Assembly (NCBI GenBank): GCA_000091205.1
Contig: AP006498.2
Direction: 5' to 3' (one strand)
DNA from: Cyanidioschyzon merolae
Lineage: Eukaryota
DNA length: 64,000 bases
The notes under the pieces are model-generated. The model searched no databases. It saw only the letters and a list, made by a program, of their open reading frames with translations, and was not told the origin of the DNA. Made by a program: the position numbers and the translations under genes. How positions within the stretch are numbered: the stretch's first letter is position 1; every line of letters starts with the position of its first letter. Of this stretch, positions 1 through 11,598 are shown one piece after another.

Positions 1-875
1 GTCGGAAAGCAAGCCGTGAGCCGTCCTCGTCCCTTTCAAATTCAGCCTTAGAAACAATGTACGCCCGAAGAAAGTTGGTCCGCGGCGGTATAACAAGTGT
101 GCTGCTGGAAACCCTCTGGAGTCGAAGCCTTCGTCTCACATGGCTGTACAAGGCCGTGCGCTCACTCGCGTAACACGAGTTGCAACCCGGTCGCCAAACC
201 GTCGATAGTACGAACGCCAATCGTGGAACAAGTTCACTGCCGTTTAAATCAGCAGTTCTGAAGCGCATGTCTGAAGTCCAAGTGTGACCGCTCCACCTGA
301 AATATCTCCGGCTCATATCTTTGAACCCATGGCTCACTTCTCGTGAATATCTCGCAGCAGACCTGAGCGCTGGTACGTGGCAGCGTCCGTTTCGCCCCAC
401 TGGCGCGAGGCGGTTTCGAATCGCAGAATTGCGCGCGAGCGGCGACCTCCGGGATCGATAAACAGCTCATAGATCGAGCGGTACTTGTGGGCGCTCTGTA
501 GAGAGACTCGAGCGACTTGGTGCCAGTCACTGGAACGTAGTTTCTTGACATCTTTCATCGTGGATATAGGCTTGGGACCTGTCACTGATTCCGTAGCGGG
601 TTCGAGTTCGGTGGTGGAGTGTTCTTTTTCTTTCCCAGGGGAGGCCAGCGTCATCCGCGTAGTTGCTGGACACACACACACACAGACAGACAAGGGAAGC
701 TGCATCGTGGGTTTCTAGTGTTTGCTGCGCAGTCTGCACCGCGCAGATTTCATCAAGTCTTGCTAGTAGTTCGTGTCAGGTGCTGCGGTGACAGCGGCTG
801 CACGCAACTTGCGCGTCGACTGTGTTGCTGGCGTTGGGCCTCTGCTTTTGGTGCGTTTTCTAACAAGCACGCTCC

Positions 876-2813
876 ATGGAAGCTAAGGACGACTGCACAG
901 TCATGAACGAGGCAGACAAGGTTGCAGCGTCGCTCGAGGAGCTCGCTGCGCACGAACCGATAGGAACCCTGCTCCTTCGGCGGGCACTAGCGGCAGATGA
1001 GGCGGTTTCGCACCTACATGAGTACGCTGGAGGCTCTGTATATCTCGAGCGACTTCATGCGCGAACAATGGTGGTGTACTTGAGGGATCGTTTCCGATTA
1101 AATCCACTTTTCGAAAGTTCAGACCAGGTTCTCGAAGTGGCGAATGTCATCCATTCATCGCATCCGCGCTCATTCGAGAAGTGTCAGGATCTGTTCCAGC
1201 GGTTTATGTTGGAACTACTCACCCAATATGTGCTCATGGACGCAATGGAGCGGTTGCAAAACCGTGGAACCTGGCAGGTAGACCTGGAACCTTTAGAAGA
1301 ACTCGTGCAGGAGGATCCATCGTACGCATCCGGTCTGGCGCGTGTGAGATTGCACGAGTTGGAAGCGATATTCGCGAAAAAGCATAGTCCGCTTTCGCAA
1401 AAGTCTTCCTCGAAGGCGAAGAAATCGTCGGCTTCTGCCAACAAGTATCTTGGTCTGGATCAGCGACAGCTGGCGACATCGCTTTTTCCAGAGGACCGCC
1501 TGCTCCCAATGGCCACGGAGTATGTGGAAGCGCTTCTTGAATGGCTTGGAAAGCCACCGTTGACTGCAGCGCTGGAAGCGCTTGCGATGCTCGAAAGGCA
1601 CAACGCTGCGAATCCGCATGGGCATGAAGCCGCATCTCCGTCGAGACTCGATTCCGAAGCACTCTCTGAGACGACTGCACGGCCGCAGAGGACGCAAACC
1701 GGGAATGAGAACCTTTCGCGATCACCGGGAAAAAGAGCGGAAATACGACCTGCCCCAGTAGCTGTTGCAGTTGGTGAGCAAGCGGCACAGACCACCGCGC
1801 TCGCGACCAAGAAGAGCGCTTCGAGGTCGCAAACGTCGACGCCGCCAGCCAGCGCTGCGGTACCACCAGCACCTCGTGGAACAAAACACGCTGAATCTGC
1901 GCTGGATGAAGCGTTTGCGCAGCATGGGCGCACAGGATCGTCAACGCGGGTTCAGGAAGCGTCGTCGACGGTGGATCAACAGCAAACCGAGCATGTGAAG
2001 TCGAGAACGCGAGTTCCGACACCAGCCGCGGACCAAGACCGGGAACCTGCTGCGAAACAGGTGGATCCGACAGATGATGCCATTGCGGAGGCCTTGCGAT
2101 ACAACGCACCAGATGAAAAAAGGCAGAGAGGAAAAGCCGCACCCCGTCTGCCTGCTGCAAAAGGGGCGCGCTTATTCCGACACCCTTCATCACTGACCAC
2201 GAATGAATATGTCGCTACACAGGAGAAGGTATCGGAGCACAAACGGCGGAAACGTGTGCATGAGCCTGTTGCGCCGGCATTCGAGTCAGATGCGGGCGGG
2301 AGACAGCCAGCTCGTCCTACGTCGCAGCCACAGGCACCTATGACGCGACCTGGTTCCCCGCAGCCAACGAAGCCGGCGACCAGAGGCGGTCATGAACTTC
2401 CTTTATCAAATGAGGGCGGCATCAAGCTCGGCCCCCTCGTTCGATACACCCCCGAAGAGGACGAGGCGCTACTTGACGGCATTCGGGCCTGTGGCGTGGG
2501 CCACTGGCGACTCATCCTGAATCGTATTCAGGACCGGCTACAGGAACCGCATCGGAGCTACCAGTCCGTTCGGAAACGAGCGGAGCAGCTGATATCCCAG
2601 ATTGGGACCCTCCCGGAGCCACCACCGCCTTTGAACAGCTTTGCCAAAGTCCACTTCACAGCCGAAGAAGATGCCGAACTGCGAAAGGGGATCGATCTCT
2701 TCGGCTACGGCTCGTGGTCGCGTATTCTCAAACACGGTCGTTTTCACCCAAAAAGAACCGCGGAGTCGCTAAAATCACGCGCTCGGGTTCTGAAGCTCAA
2801 TCGTCTGCTCTAG
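876..2813 (+). CDS. Myb/SANT (TRF/telobox-like) double-repeat DNA-binding protein
   Basis: 645-aa ORF. The C-terminus has two Myb-like repeats with conserved Trp/aromatic spacing: 'RYTPEEDEALLDGIRACGVGHWRLILNRIQD' and 'HFTAEEDAELRKGIDLFGYGSWSRILKHGRFHPKRTAESLKSRARVL'. This resembles TRF-type Myb domains. The N-terminal region is low complexity. Confidence 0.5.
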   Translation: MEAKDDCTVMNEADKVAASLEELAAHEPIGTLLLRRALAADEAVSHLHEYAGGSVYLERLHARTMVVYLRDRFRLNPLFESSDQVLEVANVIHSSHPRSFEKCQDLFQRFMLELLTQYVLMDAMERLQNRGTWQVDLEPLEELVQEDPSYASGLARVRLHELEAIFAKKHSPLSQKSSSKAKKSSASANKYLGLDQRQLATSLFPEDRLLPMATEYVEALLEWLGKPPLTAALEALAMLERHNAANPHGHEAASPSRLDSEALSETTARPQRTQTGNENLSRSPGKRAEIRPAPVAVAVGEQAAQTTALATKKSASRSQTSTPPASAAVPPAPRGTKHAESALDEAFAQHGRTGSSTRVQEASSTVDQQQTEHVKSRTRVPTPAADQDREPAAKQVDPTDDAIAEALRYNAPDEKRQRGKAAPRLPAAKGARLFRHPSSLTTNEYVATQEKVSEHKRRKRVHEPVAPAFESDAGGRQPARPTSQPQAPMTRPGSPQPTKPATRGGHELPLSNEGGIKLGPLVRYTPEEDEALLDGIRACGVGHWRLILNRIQDRLQEPHRSYQSVRKRAEQLISQIGTLPEPPPPLNSFAKVHFTAEEDAELRKGIDLFGYGSWSRILKHGRFHPKRTAESLKSRARVLKLNRLL

Positions 2814-3896
2814 CTTTGCCTCGAGCGCCAACACGCGACCTCGCATTATGCATGTCAACCTGCACTACAAGCGTCTGCTTCAGTTCAAGCCGAGCAAATC
2901 CGGAAACCACCCGGTTACCGCGTCTATGTTCTTGCGGACTGCCCGAGAGCACGCGCGGCTCGCACACGACCTATGAAGCGTGCACCGTGACGTCGCCGTT
3001 GTCGCAGACCCCAAACATCCCTACTTTCCGAGTCTGAACGCTTTGCACCGCTGCTTCTTTCTTCAACCCCAGCGTGCATTCCAAGGACACGTGTTCTCCT
3101 GCGATTCCGCACTGGCATGCACGTCGATGGCGACACGCATCGCAGGCTGCGGCATTGCATGCATCCTGCCACGTGTCCGATCTGCTGTCTCCGATGCGTG
3201 CAAGCTTTCACTTGTGTGCTATCGTGCGAATTTGAAGCGCGCATTGGTGCTTGATATAGTGCAACACATCCAAATTTGGGCACCGTGCCGTGGAAGCCTT
3301 TTTGGTTTTTTGAAGGGCTAAAGATTCGATGTAGGATCGTGTGTACACCAACCGTGATGCCTCGATTCCGCGATGGGTATCTGCGTTCGGGAAGGCATCC
3401 GAGGCTCCACGCCTTGCCACCGAGTTCCGGGACCCATGTCTGCCCTCGGAGATATTGGTCATTTCGCTGGTTCCATCCGGTGCGGAGTCTATCGTGAGCG
3501 CCCCCTGGGACGCTGCCAGCGTCGGTACCGATAGAATGTCCAGAGGGAACGGCTTCGTTATGTCGCTGAGGACGTCCGCCAGAGGCGCCGCTCATCCGAC
3601 GAGGATACGGTCTCGTCGTCCGTTCGTGCTGCAACAGTAGGCGTATGCAAGCCTGCCTTCGTCATACTGAAGAAAATCAGGTGCTAGAACGAATCCTGCG
3701 GACCGAGTTTCCGCTTCGTAATTGTATGCGGCATGCGTCGCTGTTTGGCGATGCAGGCCTTGGCTCGGCATGCACTAGTGCAGAGGATCACGAAGCGCAT
3801 GACCTGCATGCTCGTCCGGTTCACGGGGCCTACCGCTTAGAAGGTAAAATGCCCCGAGTGGGCCGTCTCATGATTTTGGAATACGACCGAATGCGC

Positions 3897-5378
3897 TCAG
3901 GTTGGTGTACGATTCCCGGTTTTTGCCGTGGTCGGCGGTCGCTGCTCCTGCTGCAGCTGCTGCCAGCGGTCATACAGGGCTCCTAAACCAGCGACCTCGC
4001 TGCAGAGTGCCTCTATGGCTAGGCTTCGGTGCAAGCCGTCGAGTATCGGCTGGGATGCTGTTCGACGATCGGCTGCTACAGCTGATGCCTCATAGGGCGG
4101 CAAGGCGACCAGGATGCGTCGCAGGCGTGACCATCGCTGAGCATCTTGTTCGGATAGACTAACATTCGTTTGCGCCGAGGTTTGATGGCTCTGCAGCTCC
4201 TGCACAAAGGATCGAGCGCCGCGCACACACTCTTCGAGCGCACAGACAGACTGCTCGAGAGCGCAGAGCTCTGCGTAGAGGCGGCTGCAGCTCACCGAGT
4301 CCTGTACGCTGCGCAACGCTAGCGACAGCGCCATGCTGAGGACCTCGCTTTGGCTCCAAGAATCCGAGGCTGGCTCGCTAACGCAATCCTCCGTCGAATC
4401 AGCTGTACTGACTGCCTGTGCATGTTTGACACCCTGGACGTTCGGGCAGCTTTCGGTGCGCAGCGCAGTCGGAATGATGCGTTCAGAAAAAACGCGTGCG
4501 GCTGTCGCGCATGTGTCGGTAGCGTCCCGAGTCCTCGACGGTTGGTCGTGCCCAGGTGCGGAAACATCTGCGCCCAATGATTCTTTATCGTCGCTTTCAG
4601 TCCCCGCGTGAATACGACCAGCATTCGAATGTGATGACGACGAGCCCCAAAAAAGCGTTTGAATGACGTATCGCTCGGCTTCGGATTCCTCGACGAGCAG
4701 AGAAAGCTGTCTGATGTGTAAGCTGCCGAGAAACTCCTCCCACTGCTTAATGGTGTGTGTCCGCGGCACCCAAGCAACCTCCGCTGCCCCCGCCGCTACC
4801 TCCTTGCCGTCGTTTTCTGAACGTGGAGCTATCAGCCAGACTCGCACATTAGGATCCGCTGATGCCGCAGCACCAGCAGTAGCAACAACTCCGTCTTCTT
4901 CCCGAGTCAACGTCGCAAACTTGACATCCAACCAGATTGCCTCTTCTACAAACTCATGCATGATCGCGGCGTCGACGCTTAGTTGACTAGCGTCTAATGC
5001 TGTCGATTCGTCTTTTGCACTCGCGCTTCCAGCTGCGTACCATCCGAGAAGCGTCATTTCCCGATACATCAGACGCGCCGCCTGATAGACGCGTTCAATA
5101 TGGTGTGGCGTGAAAGGTACACACTCCGCTACAGCCATAATGCGCCAACAACAAGACCTTGAAACTGCAGCGGCACACTGAAGATGCAGCACGGCCGTCT
5201 CCGCAGGCCAGTCCGGCCTCGTTCCAAAGACAAGCCCCTGTGTCACCACACGCCCAGTAGCCTGGGTGCCACTAGAGGCTCCCCGGGCCCCGGCACAGAG
5301 CCGCTCAAGGGACCGTGTGTAGGTTTCCGATACTCTCAGAAGCGCTAACGGGTGCACGCATACTGCCTGGGCATCCAT
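3897..5378 (-). CDS. MPN(-) domain protein, CSN6/eIF3f-family-like
   Basis: Begins 'VCVHPLALLRVSETYTRS', the classic start of the Mov34/MPN fold. Also has '...REMTLLGWYAAGS' (the LGWYxTG motif of catalytically inactive MPN proteins) and 'SEAERYVIQTL', similar to the TEAERIGVDH segment. A C-terminal helical extension follows. Confidence 0.45.
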   Translation of the reverse strand: MDAQAVCVHPLALLRVSETYTRSLERLCAGARGASSGTQATGRVVTQGLVFGTRPDWPAETAVLHLQCAAAVSRSCCWRIMAVAECVPFTPHHIERVYQAARLMYREMTLLGWYAAGSASAKDESTALDASQLSVDAAIMHEFVEEAIWLDVKFATLTREEDGVVATAGAAASADPNVRVWLIAPRSENDGKEVAAGAAEVAWVPRTHTIKQWEEFLGSLHIRQLSLLVEESEAERYVIQTLFWGSSSSHSNAGRIHAGTESDDKESLGADVSAPGHDQPSRTRDATDTCATAARVFSERIIPTALRTESCPNVQGVKHAQAVSTADSTEDCVSEPASDSWSQSEVLSMALSLALRSVQDSVSCSRLYAELCALEQSVCALEECVRGARSFVQELQSHQTSAQTNVSLSEQDAQRWSRLRRILVALPPYEASAVAADRRTASQPILDGLHRSLAIEALCSEVAGLGALYDRWQQLQQEQRPPTTAKTGNRTPT

Positions 5379-5825
5379 ACTGCTCCTGTGTGCCGTCTAA
5401 ACGCCGAGGGCAAGCTCCACGCCAGGAGTCGCTGCAAAGAGCGCTGCCGGCACTATCAACCAACCAGGGCTTCGAGTCAGTGTGCACGCGCTTCCTTGTC
5501 CACAACGCTGATTGATAGCGATATACCTGCAAACGCGACGTGAACGCCAACCTACCAGGGCTTCGGGTCAGTGCGCACCCGCTTCCTTGTCCACAACGCT
5601 GATTATTAGCGATATACCCGCAAACACAACAACTGATGAAGCAGCGATCTCGCCGGCAAACGTGCACCCAACGCTACCAACTATGCTCGTCCAGGATGTA
5701 GTGTCTGTGCCGCCCAGTCCATGCTGATAGTTCAGTTACCGCTCCACGGAGTCGGTGGAGGATTGTCTAGCCCCCCTGCAAAGCATGCACTGCGGTAGCC
5801 GCGATGCCTGCCCGCATCACTCGAT

Positions 5826-5935
5826 ACGCGGTGTATGGAAGCGTTGGCTGGCTGGCTGCCTGGATGGCTGCCTGGATGGCTGCCTGCCTGCCTGCCTGGA
5901 TAGCTGCCTGCCTGCCTGGATGGATGGATTCGGGG
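5826..5935. repeat. GCCTG/GGATG-rich microsatellite-like tract
   Basis: Reads 'ggctggctgcctggatggctgcctggatggctgcctgcctgcctgcctggatagctgcctgcctgcctggatggatgg'. Short-period repeats are visible directly. Confidence 0.7.
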
Positions 5936-6034
5936 CGGCATCGGTGCGCTGCCCGTGACACCCTGCAATCGACGTGCGCCTAGCCCAGACTGGCCCCAGA
6001 CGCTGCAGCAGTTTTGAGCGAATAACCCTGCTGC

Positions 6035-7597
6035 ATGGGGGACGATAGCTCGGACAAGGGCCCAGACAAAGAGCCCAAATGGGATCAAGCAGGGCAAGGC
6101 TGGTCTCTCCCGAGACCCACGGGGTCATGCTCCGAACCAGGATGCGTTGAGTACGGATCCACTCCTGATTTAGGCGCAAACGAGCCTAGTGCCGCAGGCT
6201 CGACTTCACTTGCCGCGGCGGAAGATTGGAGCAACGTCGCTGGCGTTGACGATGATTTTGATAACGCTGACGACGACGACAACGACGACAACGTCGAGGA
6301 CCTGGAGTTTGTGCACCAAGGCGCGAGCGAGTTCGCTTCTGAGGGTGTCGATGTGGACGGGACGTCAACGCAGACGCGGTCGAAAGGTCGCCAGCGCCCG
6401 GCGAACCAGCGTTCCAGGATTAGTCGGCGTAGCAGACGCTACGACCCGCTTCCCCAGCAACCGGATGGTGTTGTGGTACGCCGAAGAAAGGAGCCTGCGA
6501 AAGTTGAGAACGCCACACAGGGAAACTTTGGTTTGTTCGCACACCAGGAAACTGCCGCAGGAGACAACACGCTGGAGATTGAGCCCGCACCCGAGGATGC
6601 TCCTTCCGAAGGTGTCCCTATCCGAGGCCAGGATCCAAACGAGCTGGCTCCATTCGATCACGCCGAAACGCTGGATTTAGAGCAAGGTGTCACCCATGAA
6701 CCAGTGCTTTTTAACGCAGCAGTACGTCCAAAGCGATGGACTTGGAAGCGTCTCTGGAGGCGGCTTTTTCGATGGCGGCGACCGCTGGACCCCACAACGA
6801 GCGGGAGCGCGCTCACGCCCCAGCCCTATGACGCGCTGCGCAGGGAGCCGGGGCCCTCAAACAACCCTGCGGATGTCGAGTTGGACCCAGAGGATGAAGA
6901 AGGTCCAGAAATGCTCAGCGCAGCCATTGGTGACTTTTTGTCGGCACAGTACAGCTGGGAAATCCACGCGCATCGACTGGTGTCGCAGCCGGATCAATCC
7001 TATGCCATTGCAGTGAATCGAGAAGCGCTGGAGCGCAAGGAGCAGCTCCGTACCGAAGAGCAGCGTCAAGCTGCAGAGCAATCTCGGCTGCGCATGGCAG
7101 CGATGCAGTTCCGTTCGCTCTTCATCAGGGACGCTTCGCATGACGAGGCCATGGCAACCGGTGATCCCGACGCTTTCGACTTGAGTGTTGCTGAGCTTGA
7201 AATGCATGAGAGACGCGTTCGCGCGTTTCGAATTCTGCTGCTCTTTGATGCGATCTTTTTTGTCTTGCTTAGCATTACTTGGCTTGATGCGCTGATTGCG
7301 CACGACGTCAGCAATCTGCAGAGCACTATAATTGACGGAGTCGTGTGTGGCACCAACATCGTCATTGACATTATAGGCCTTCGTGCCGTCAGCGTCCAGT
7401 CTGCCAGGTGGCTTGGCGTCTTCATCGCGCTCTACTGGATATCTCTGATCGGTACCATTATTGCGATTCCGCTACTGCCACTGATTCCGTTGCTGAGATT
7501 CCTTTTGCTGCCCATGGCTGCGGCCATCAAACAGTTCATCGAATTTCAGGAACGGCAACAACAGCAGCTTCAAAATCAAGCAATGATTTTCGTCTAG
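6035..7597 (+). CDS. hypothetical protein with an acidic N-terminal half and C-terminal transmembrane helices
   Basis: 520-aa ORF. Contains D/E/N-rich tracts ('DDDFDNADDDDNDDNVEDLEF'). The C-terminus has hydrophobic segments ('ILLLFDAIFFVLLSITWL', 'WLGVFIALYWISLIGTIIAIPLLPLIPLL'). No family recognised. Confidence 0.35.
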   Translation: MGDDSSDKGPDKEPKWDQAGQGWSLPRPTGSCSEPGCVEYGSTPDLGANEPSAAGSTSLAAAEDWSNVAGVDDDFDNADDDDNDDNVEDLEFVHQGASEFASEGVDVDGTSTQTRSKGRQRPANQRSRISRRSRRYDPLPQQPDGVVVRRRKEPAKVENATQGNFGLFAHQETAAGDNTLEIEPAPEDAPSEGVPIRGQDPNELAPFDHAETLDLEQGVTHEPVLFNAAVRPKRWTWKRLWRRLFRWRRPLDPTTSGSALTPQPYDALRREPGPSNNPADVELDPEDEEGPEMLSAAIGDFLSAQYSWEIHAHRLVSQPDQSYAIAVNREALERKEQLRTEEQRQAAEQSRLRMAAMQFRSLFIRDASHDEAMATGDPDAFDLSVAELEMHERRVRAFRILLLFDAIFFVLLSITWLDALIAHDVSNLQSTIIDGVVCGTNIVIDIIGLRAVSVQSARWLGVFIALYWISLIGTIIAIPLLPLIPLLRFLLLPMAAAIKQFIEFQERQQQQLQNQAMIFV

Positions 7598-8999
7598 TAG
7601 GTGCACGAGGCAGCTTGCACGTGCATGCACGGACGATACGAGTGGATGGTATTCTCTAGCATCGTTTCGAGGCAAGTCTGCAAATGGCATCAACTTGCAA
7701 CGGATCATTCGGCGGAATCCTAGCTCGTTTTCGCGAGCCACGACGGCATTCATCCAATACGCCTCCGAATCTCGCAACAGCGTCTTGTTGACACTGTTGC
7801 CACCTAGTGCAGCTTGCCAGGCGACGTTTCGCACCGAATCCGGTGAACCTACACGCGTTCGCCTACCCTGACGGTGTCGCGTTCCACTTGCGGATACTCG
7901 TGCACGAATACCGCATGTGATGCGAATCCGAGCACCTGGCCTGTGTCGGTGCATGTTGTTTCTCGAGCACGGGTTGCTTTGGCGCTGCTCGGGACATAGA
8001 ATCGCCACGCCGTAGCCAGCGGTGGCTTTGTGAATAAACACGTAGCATGCAACGATATTCTGCTCGGTGCGTACCAGCAGTTGCGGGGCGCATGACCGCT
8101 CAGCGTGTAGTACAACGCACCTGAAACGTCGTTTTGGGTCCGTGTGAGTGCCGCGGTTGCCCGCTGAACCTCATTCATGGCCCTGTCGCACGACACCGTC
8201 TGGGTAGCGGTGATGCACTCGTTTACGTGGAGGGTGTCTCTGAATTAGGCTCGAGACCGCCAACTTCGGTCAGCTGCAGCTGTGTATCGGAGCACTGGTG
8301 CGAGCCATGTGCGCTTCGGTCGCGGGGTTCCAGCCCTCTGTTATTGGTCGGTGTCGAAGACCCGCTTACGTTTCAGGGAACCGCACGCAACAGCGGTACT
8401 ATGCATATCCGGCACCGATACCGGAACCCGAAGGTCTACCGTACCGCCCTTGTCCGGGGACGCAGCGCACCGTCGTTGACGTCGCTGAGCTGCCGCAACA
8501 ACGACTGCCGGTACTGCTTGTTGTAGAGCGACTTACGCGGGCGCTGCCAGTGCTGTTGGTGCTGGTGCTGGTGCCACGGCTCGGCAGCGTAGTTCCAACG
8601 ATGAAGTTGGTACGCAGTGTACCCTGGGTTCGGTTTCACTCGCAGATGCCTTGTGCTGGCTGACTTCGAAAGCTCTCCAGTGCGTTCTGCAAAAAGCCGA
8701 ATCGACCTGCGTGGTGTCGGCAGCTTACCGTCTGGGGTCTTGCTCGCTTCCGCTCCTGAGAGCACCGCGCTCCCTCTATGGACGCGCTTTCCAGAGACGT
8801 CGAGCGCTCACTCAAACCTCTCTGAGTAGCGTAGAACGGTTCGGGAAAATGTCGCCTGCACCGGACACGCATCGAACTGCCGCTGTTCGCTTGAAGCGAC
8901 CTATTTGCACTAGGGCCTCACTTCGCTTTACACCTCAGGGATGCTCGGGTTGAGGCTCAGGAACGCAACGGTGAACACTCGCCTACGCTTCGCCTTGTT

Positions 9000-10571
9000 C
9001 TATGCCTCGACAGTGATGATTCGCAGGAGGTTCGTTGATCCAGAGACGCCCTCTCGCATTCCCGAAATAAGTATCACCAAGTCACCGGTGGCAACGATGC
9101 CACTGGCGCGTGCAGTCTGCAGACCCCGAGCGATGAGACTCTCTGTACCGATCATACTCCCAACGACGACGGGAAAACAATCTCGAGAGAGCAGACATTG
9201 CCGCGCGGTGAGCTCGTTTGAGGTGAGCACCAGACACGGGCAACTGGGACGATACTTGCACACGAGCCGCGCAGTTCTACCAGTCTCACTGAGGCAGAGA
9301 ATCATGGTTGCCTTGAGGTCATACGCTGCTTTCACTGCGGAAGATGCGATCGCTTCGGTGACCGACAGCTCATGACTGCGGGCAAAGTTGCGGATCGCCT
9401 GGAAGACGGCAGCGTGGTCGAGGGCACGCTCCGCCTCCATACAGATATTCACCATCGTTTGGACTGCCTGCACCGGATAGAGACCTTTGGCTGTCTCGCC
9501 GCTCAGCATGACGCAATCGGTGCCGTCGAAAACTGCATTCGCAACATCGCTAACTTCTGCTCTGGTTGGCCGCGGGTTCTTGATCATGGAATCCAGCATT
9601 TGAGTCGCGGTGATGACTGGTTTGCCCGCCACGTTGCATTTACTGATCATATGCTTCTGCGCGCTTGCAACGAGCTCAAGGCGTACCTCTACACCGAGAT
9701 CACCCCTAGCGACCATGATTCCATCGCTGGCTTCCAGGATATCGTCAAAGTTTTCTAACCCTTCCTGGTTTTCGATTTTGCTGATGATCTGAATTGCGGA
9801 ACCGCCATGTTCTTTGAGGAACGAGCGAATCTGCTCAACGTCAATGCGCTTGCGAATGAACGAGGCGGCCACAAAGTCCACACCCTGCGCGATGCCAAAG
9901 AGAATGTCCTGCATATCCTGCTCCGTCAGTGCAGGTAGGTTATAGGTTGCTCCAGGCAGGTTGATTCCCTTGCGCTCACCGAGAACGCCGTCATTCATGA
10001 CTCGGCAGTGAACCTGATCCGCACACACCTCTTCCACGGTCAGAGCGATCAGACCGTCATCAATGAGAACTTGCGCGCCAGGAGAGAGAATGCTGCTCAG
10101 ATCTCGGCAACTCTGGAAGACTCCTTTTGCGTTGCCGCGTTGCCGTTGAGGATCAGACAGATTACTATACAGCGTAAAGGTTTGCCCTGCTTTCAAGGCA
10201 ACTTCACCGTGGAGTTCTTCAGAGAGAAGACCCGTCCGAATCTCGGGACCGCGCGTATCCAACATGACTGCACAGGTACGTTTGGTCTCAGCGAGAACCT
10301 CACGAAGCATGGATATCGTCCCGGCGTGGTAGTCATGCGTGCCGTGGGAAAAGTTCAGCCGCACGACGTTCATGCCAGCGCTGAGCAGCGCAGCGATCGT
10401 TTGCTTCGAACGTGTCGCGGGACCAAGCGTGCACACTACTTTTGTCCGCACGATCCCGTGCCGTGTGGGAGCTTTGGAGATTGCACCACGAAACGTAAGC
10501 CGCACATTGTTTTCGATGGTTGTCATGGGGCAGCAACAGCGCGCTCCCGGAGCGCGCTGTTCGAAGCACAA
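9000..10571 (-). CDS. PK: pyruvate kinase
   Basis: 523 aa. Contains 'KVVCTLGPATRSKQTIAALLSAGMNVVRLNFSHGTHDYH' and 'MLDTRGPEIRTG' (the canonical LDTKGPEIRTG motif), plus 'GIMVARGDLGVE' and 'KPVITATQMLDSM'. These are the full-length pyruvate kinase barrel and C-terminal domain signatures. Confidence 0.92.
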   Translation of the reverse strand: MCFEQRAPGARCCCPMTTIENNVRLTFRGAISKAPTRHGIVRTKVVCTLGPATRSKQTIAALLSAGMNVVRLNFSHGTHDYHAGTISMLREVLAETKRTCAVMLDTRGPEIRTGLLSEELHGEVALKAGQTFTLYSNLSDPQRQRGNAKGVFQSCRDLSSILSPGAQVLIDDGLIALTVEEVCADQVHCRVMNDGVLGERKGINLPGATYNLPALTEQDMQDILFGIAQGVDFVAASFIRKRIDVEQIRSFLKEHGGSAIQIISKIENQEGLENFDDILEASDGIMVARGDLGVEVRLELVASAQKHMISKCNVAGKPVITATQMLDSMIKNPRPTRAEVSDVANAVFDGTDCVMLSGETAKGLYPVQAVQTMVNICMEAERALDHAAVFQAIRNFARSHELSVTEAIASSAVKAAYDLKATMILCLSETGRTARLVCKYRPSCPCLVLTSNELTARQCLLSRDCFPVVVGSMIGTESLIARGLQTARASGIVATGDLVILISGMREGVSGSTNLLRIITVEA

Positions 10572-11598
10572 CGACCCTCAACTGGTGATTGCAGCAATCG
10601 TAGGTGTACTGATGGTGACGGCGGTGATGATGTTGGCACAGATCGTCTTCAGTTCTTGAAACAACGGCCACACTGGTGATCGCCCACGCCAACTGGTCGT
10701 AAAGTGCTCAACTGAAGGTTGAAAGTAGCCCCCGCGACGGTGTCGGCAAACCTGCCTAGCGAAGGCGTCTGTCGATCGCATCGGATTGGCGACGTTGACG
10801 GGAGCGTTTGGCGCCGCCGCCGTAGTCGCAATAGCCGCCGCCCCTGGTATGCGCGCTACAGTAGCGTCTGGTGCTGGAACAGTCGTTTATGCCCTGCTTA
10901 CTGAGACTACATCGATGAATCAAGCTGCTTACGGACTTGAAAGAGAGCATGGATGGAGAGACGTCAGGCTACCTGTGTCTCCACAGTGCCGTGGATTGCA
11001 GATCACTGCGGATAGACGGGCGCGCTCCCGGGGTTCGCAGTCTGGCACGGAGCGCATATGCTTCATTCTTTCAGTGGTGCGCAAGCGTCTGCGCAGTGTG
11101 TTATGACTGACATGGGAGTGGCATGCAGTCCTCCTCGCCCTGTTCCGTATACAATACGTATCCTACAAGCAAGTCGTCTACGATTTTTACTGTTTATTGC
11201 ACTGTGATGTCCATCTCCTGCTATATACGCCGCAGCACGGCTCAAATAAAACAGCGTTGAAAGACTATAAATTGCAGCCAGCCAGCCAGCCAGCGTACCA
11301 GTGACTACACCAACAAGTATCGACGCTCGAGTTGTCAAACACGCGCGAAGGTAGCAGCCAGCTGTCGCTGCAGTGCAGCAGATCGCGCACTGCGAATGCC
11401 GATTTGGATGCCATTCTTGGAGCGGCCACGCGCAGGCGACACGTGTACGTGGAAACAGCCCGACAACGTATCGTACAGGGCGTGCTAGCGTTCGAACTGG
11501 TGCTTGTTGCGGGCTTGGTTGTCGTTTAAACTTGTACCTAGCACCAGGGGGACGCTTTCTGTGCGTTTCCGCATAGAAGCAGGTGTATCACGCTGGTC

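Noticed and set aside
249-705. Minus-strand ORFs 249..551 and 334..705 at the left edge, as a gene
   Set aside because: No motif was recognised. They are possibly the UTR or terminal exon of a gene outside the window. Support is insufficient.
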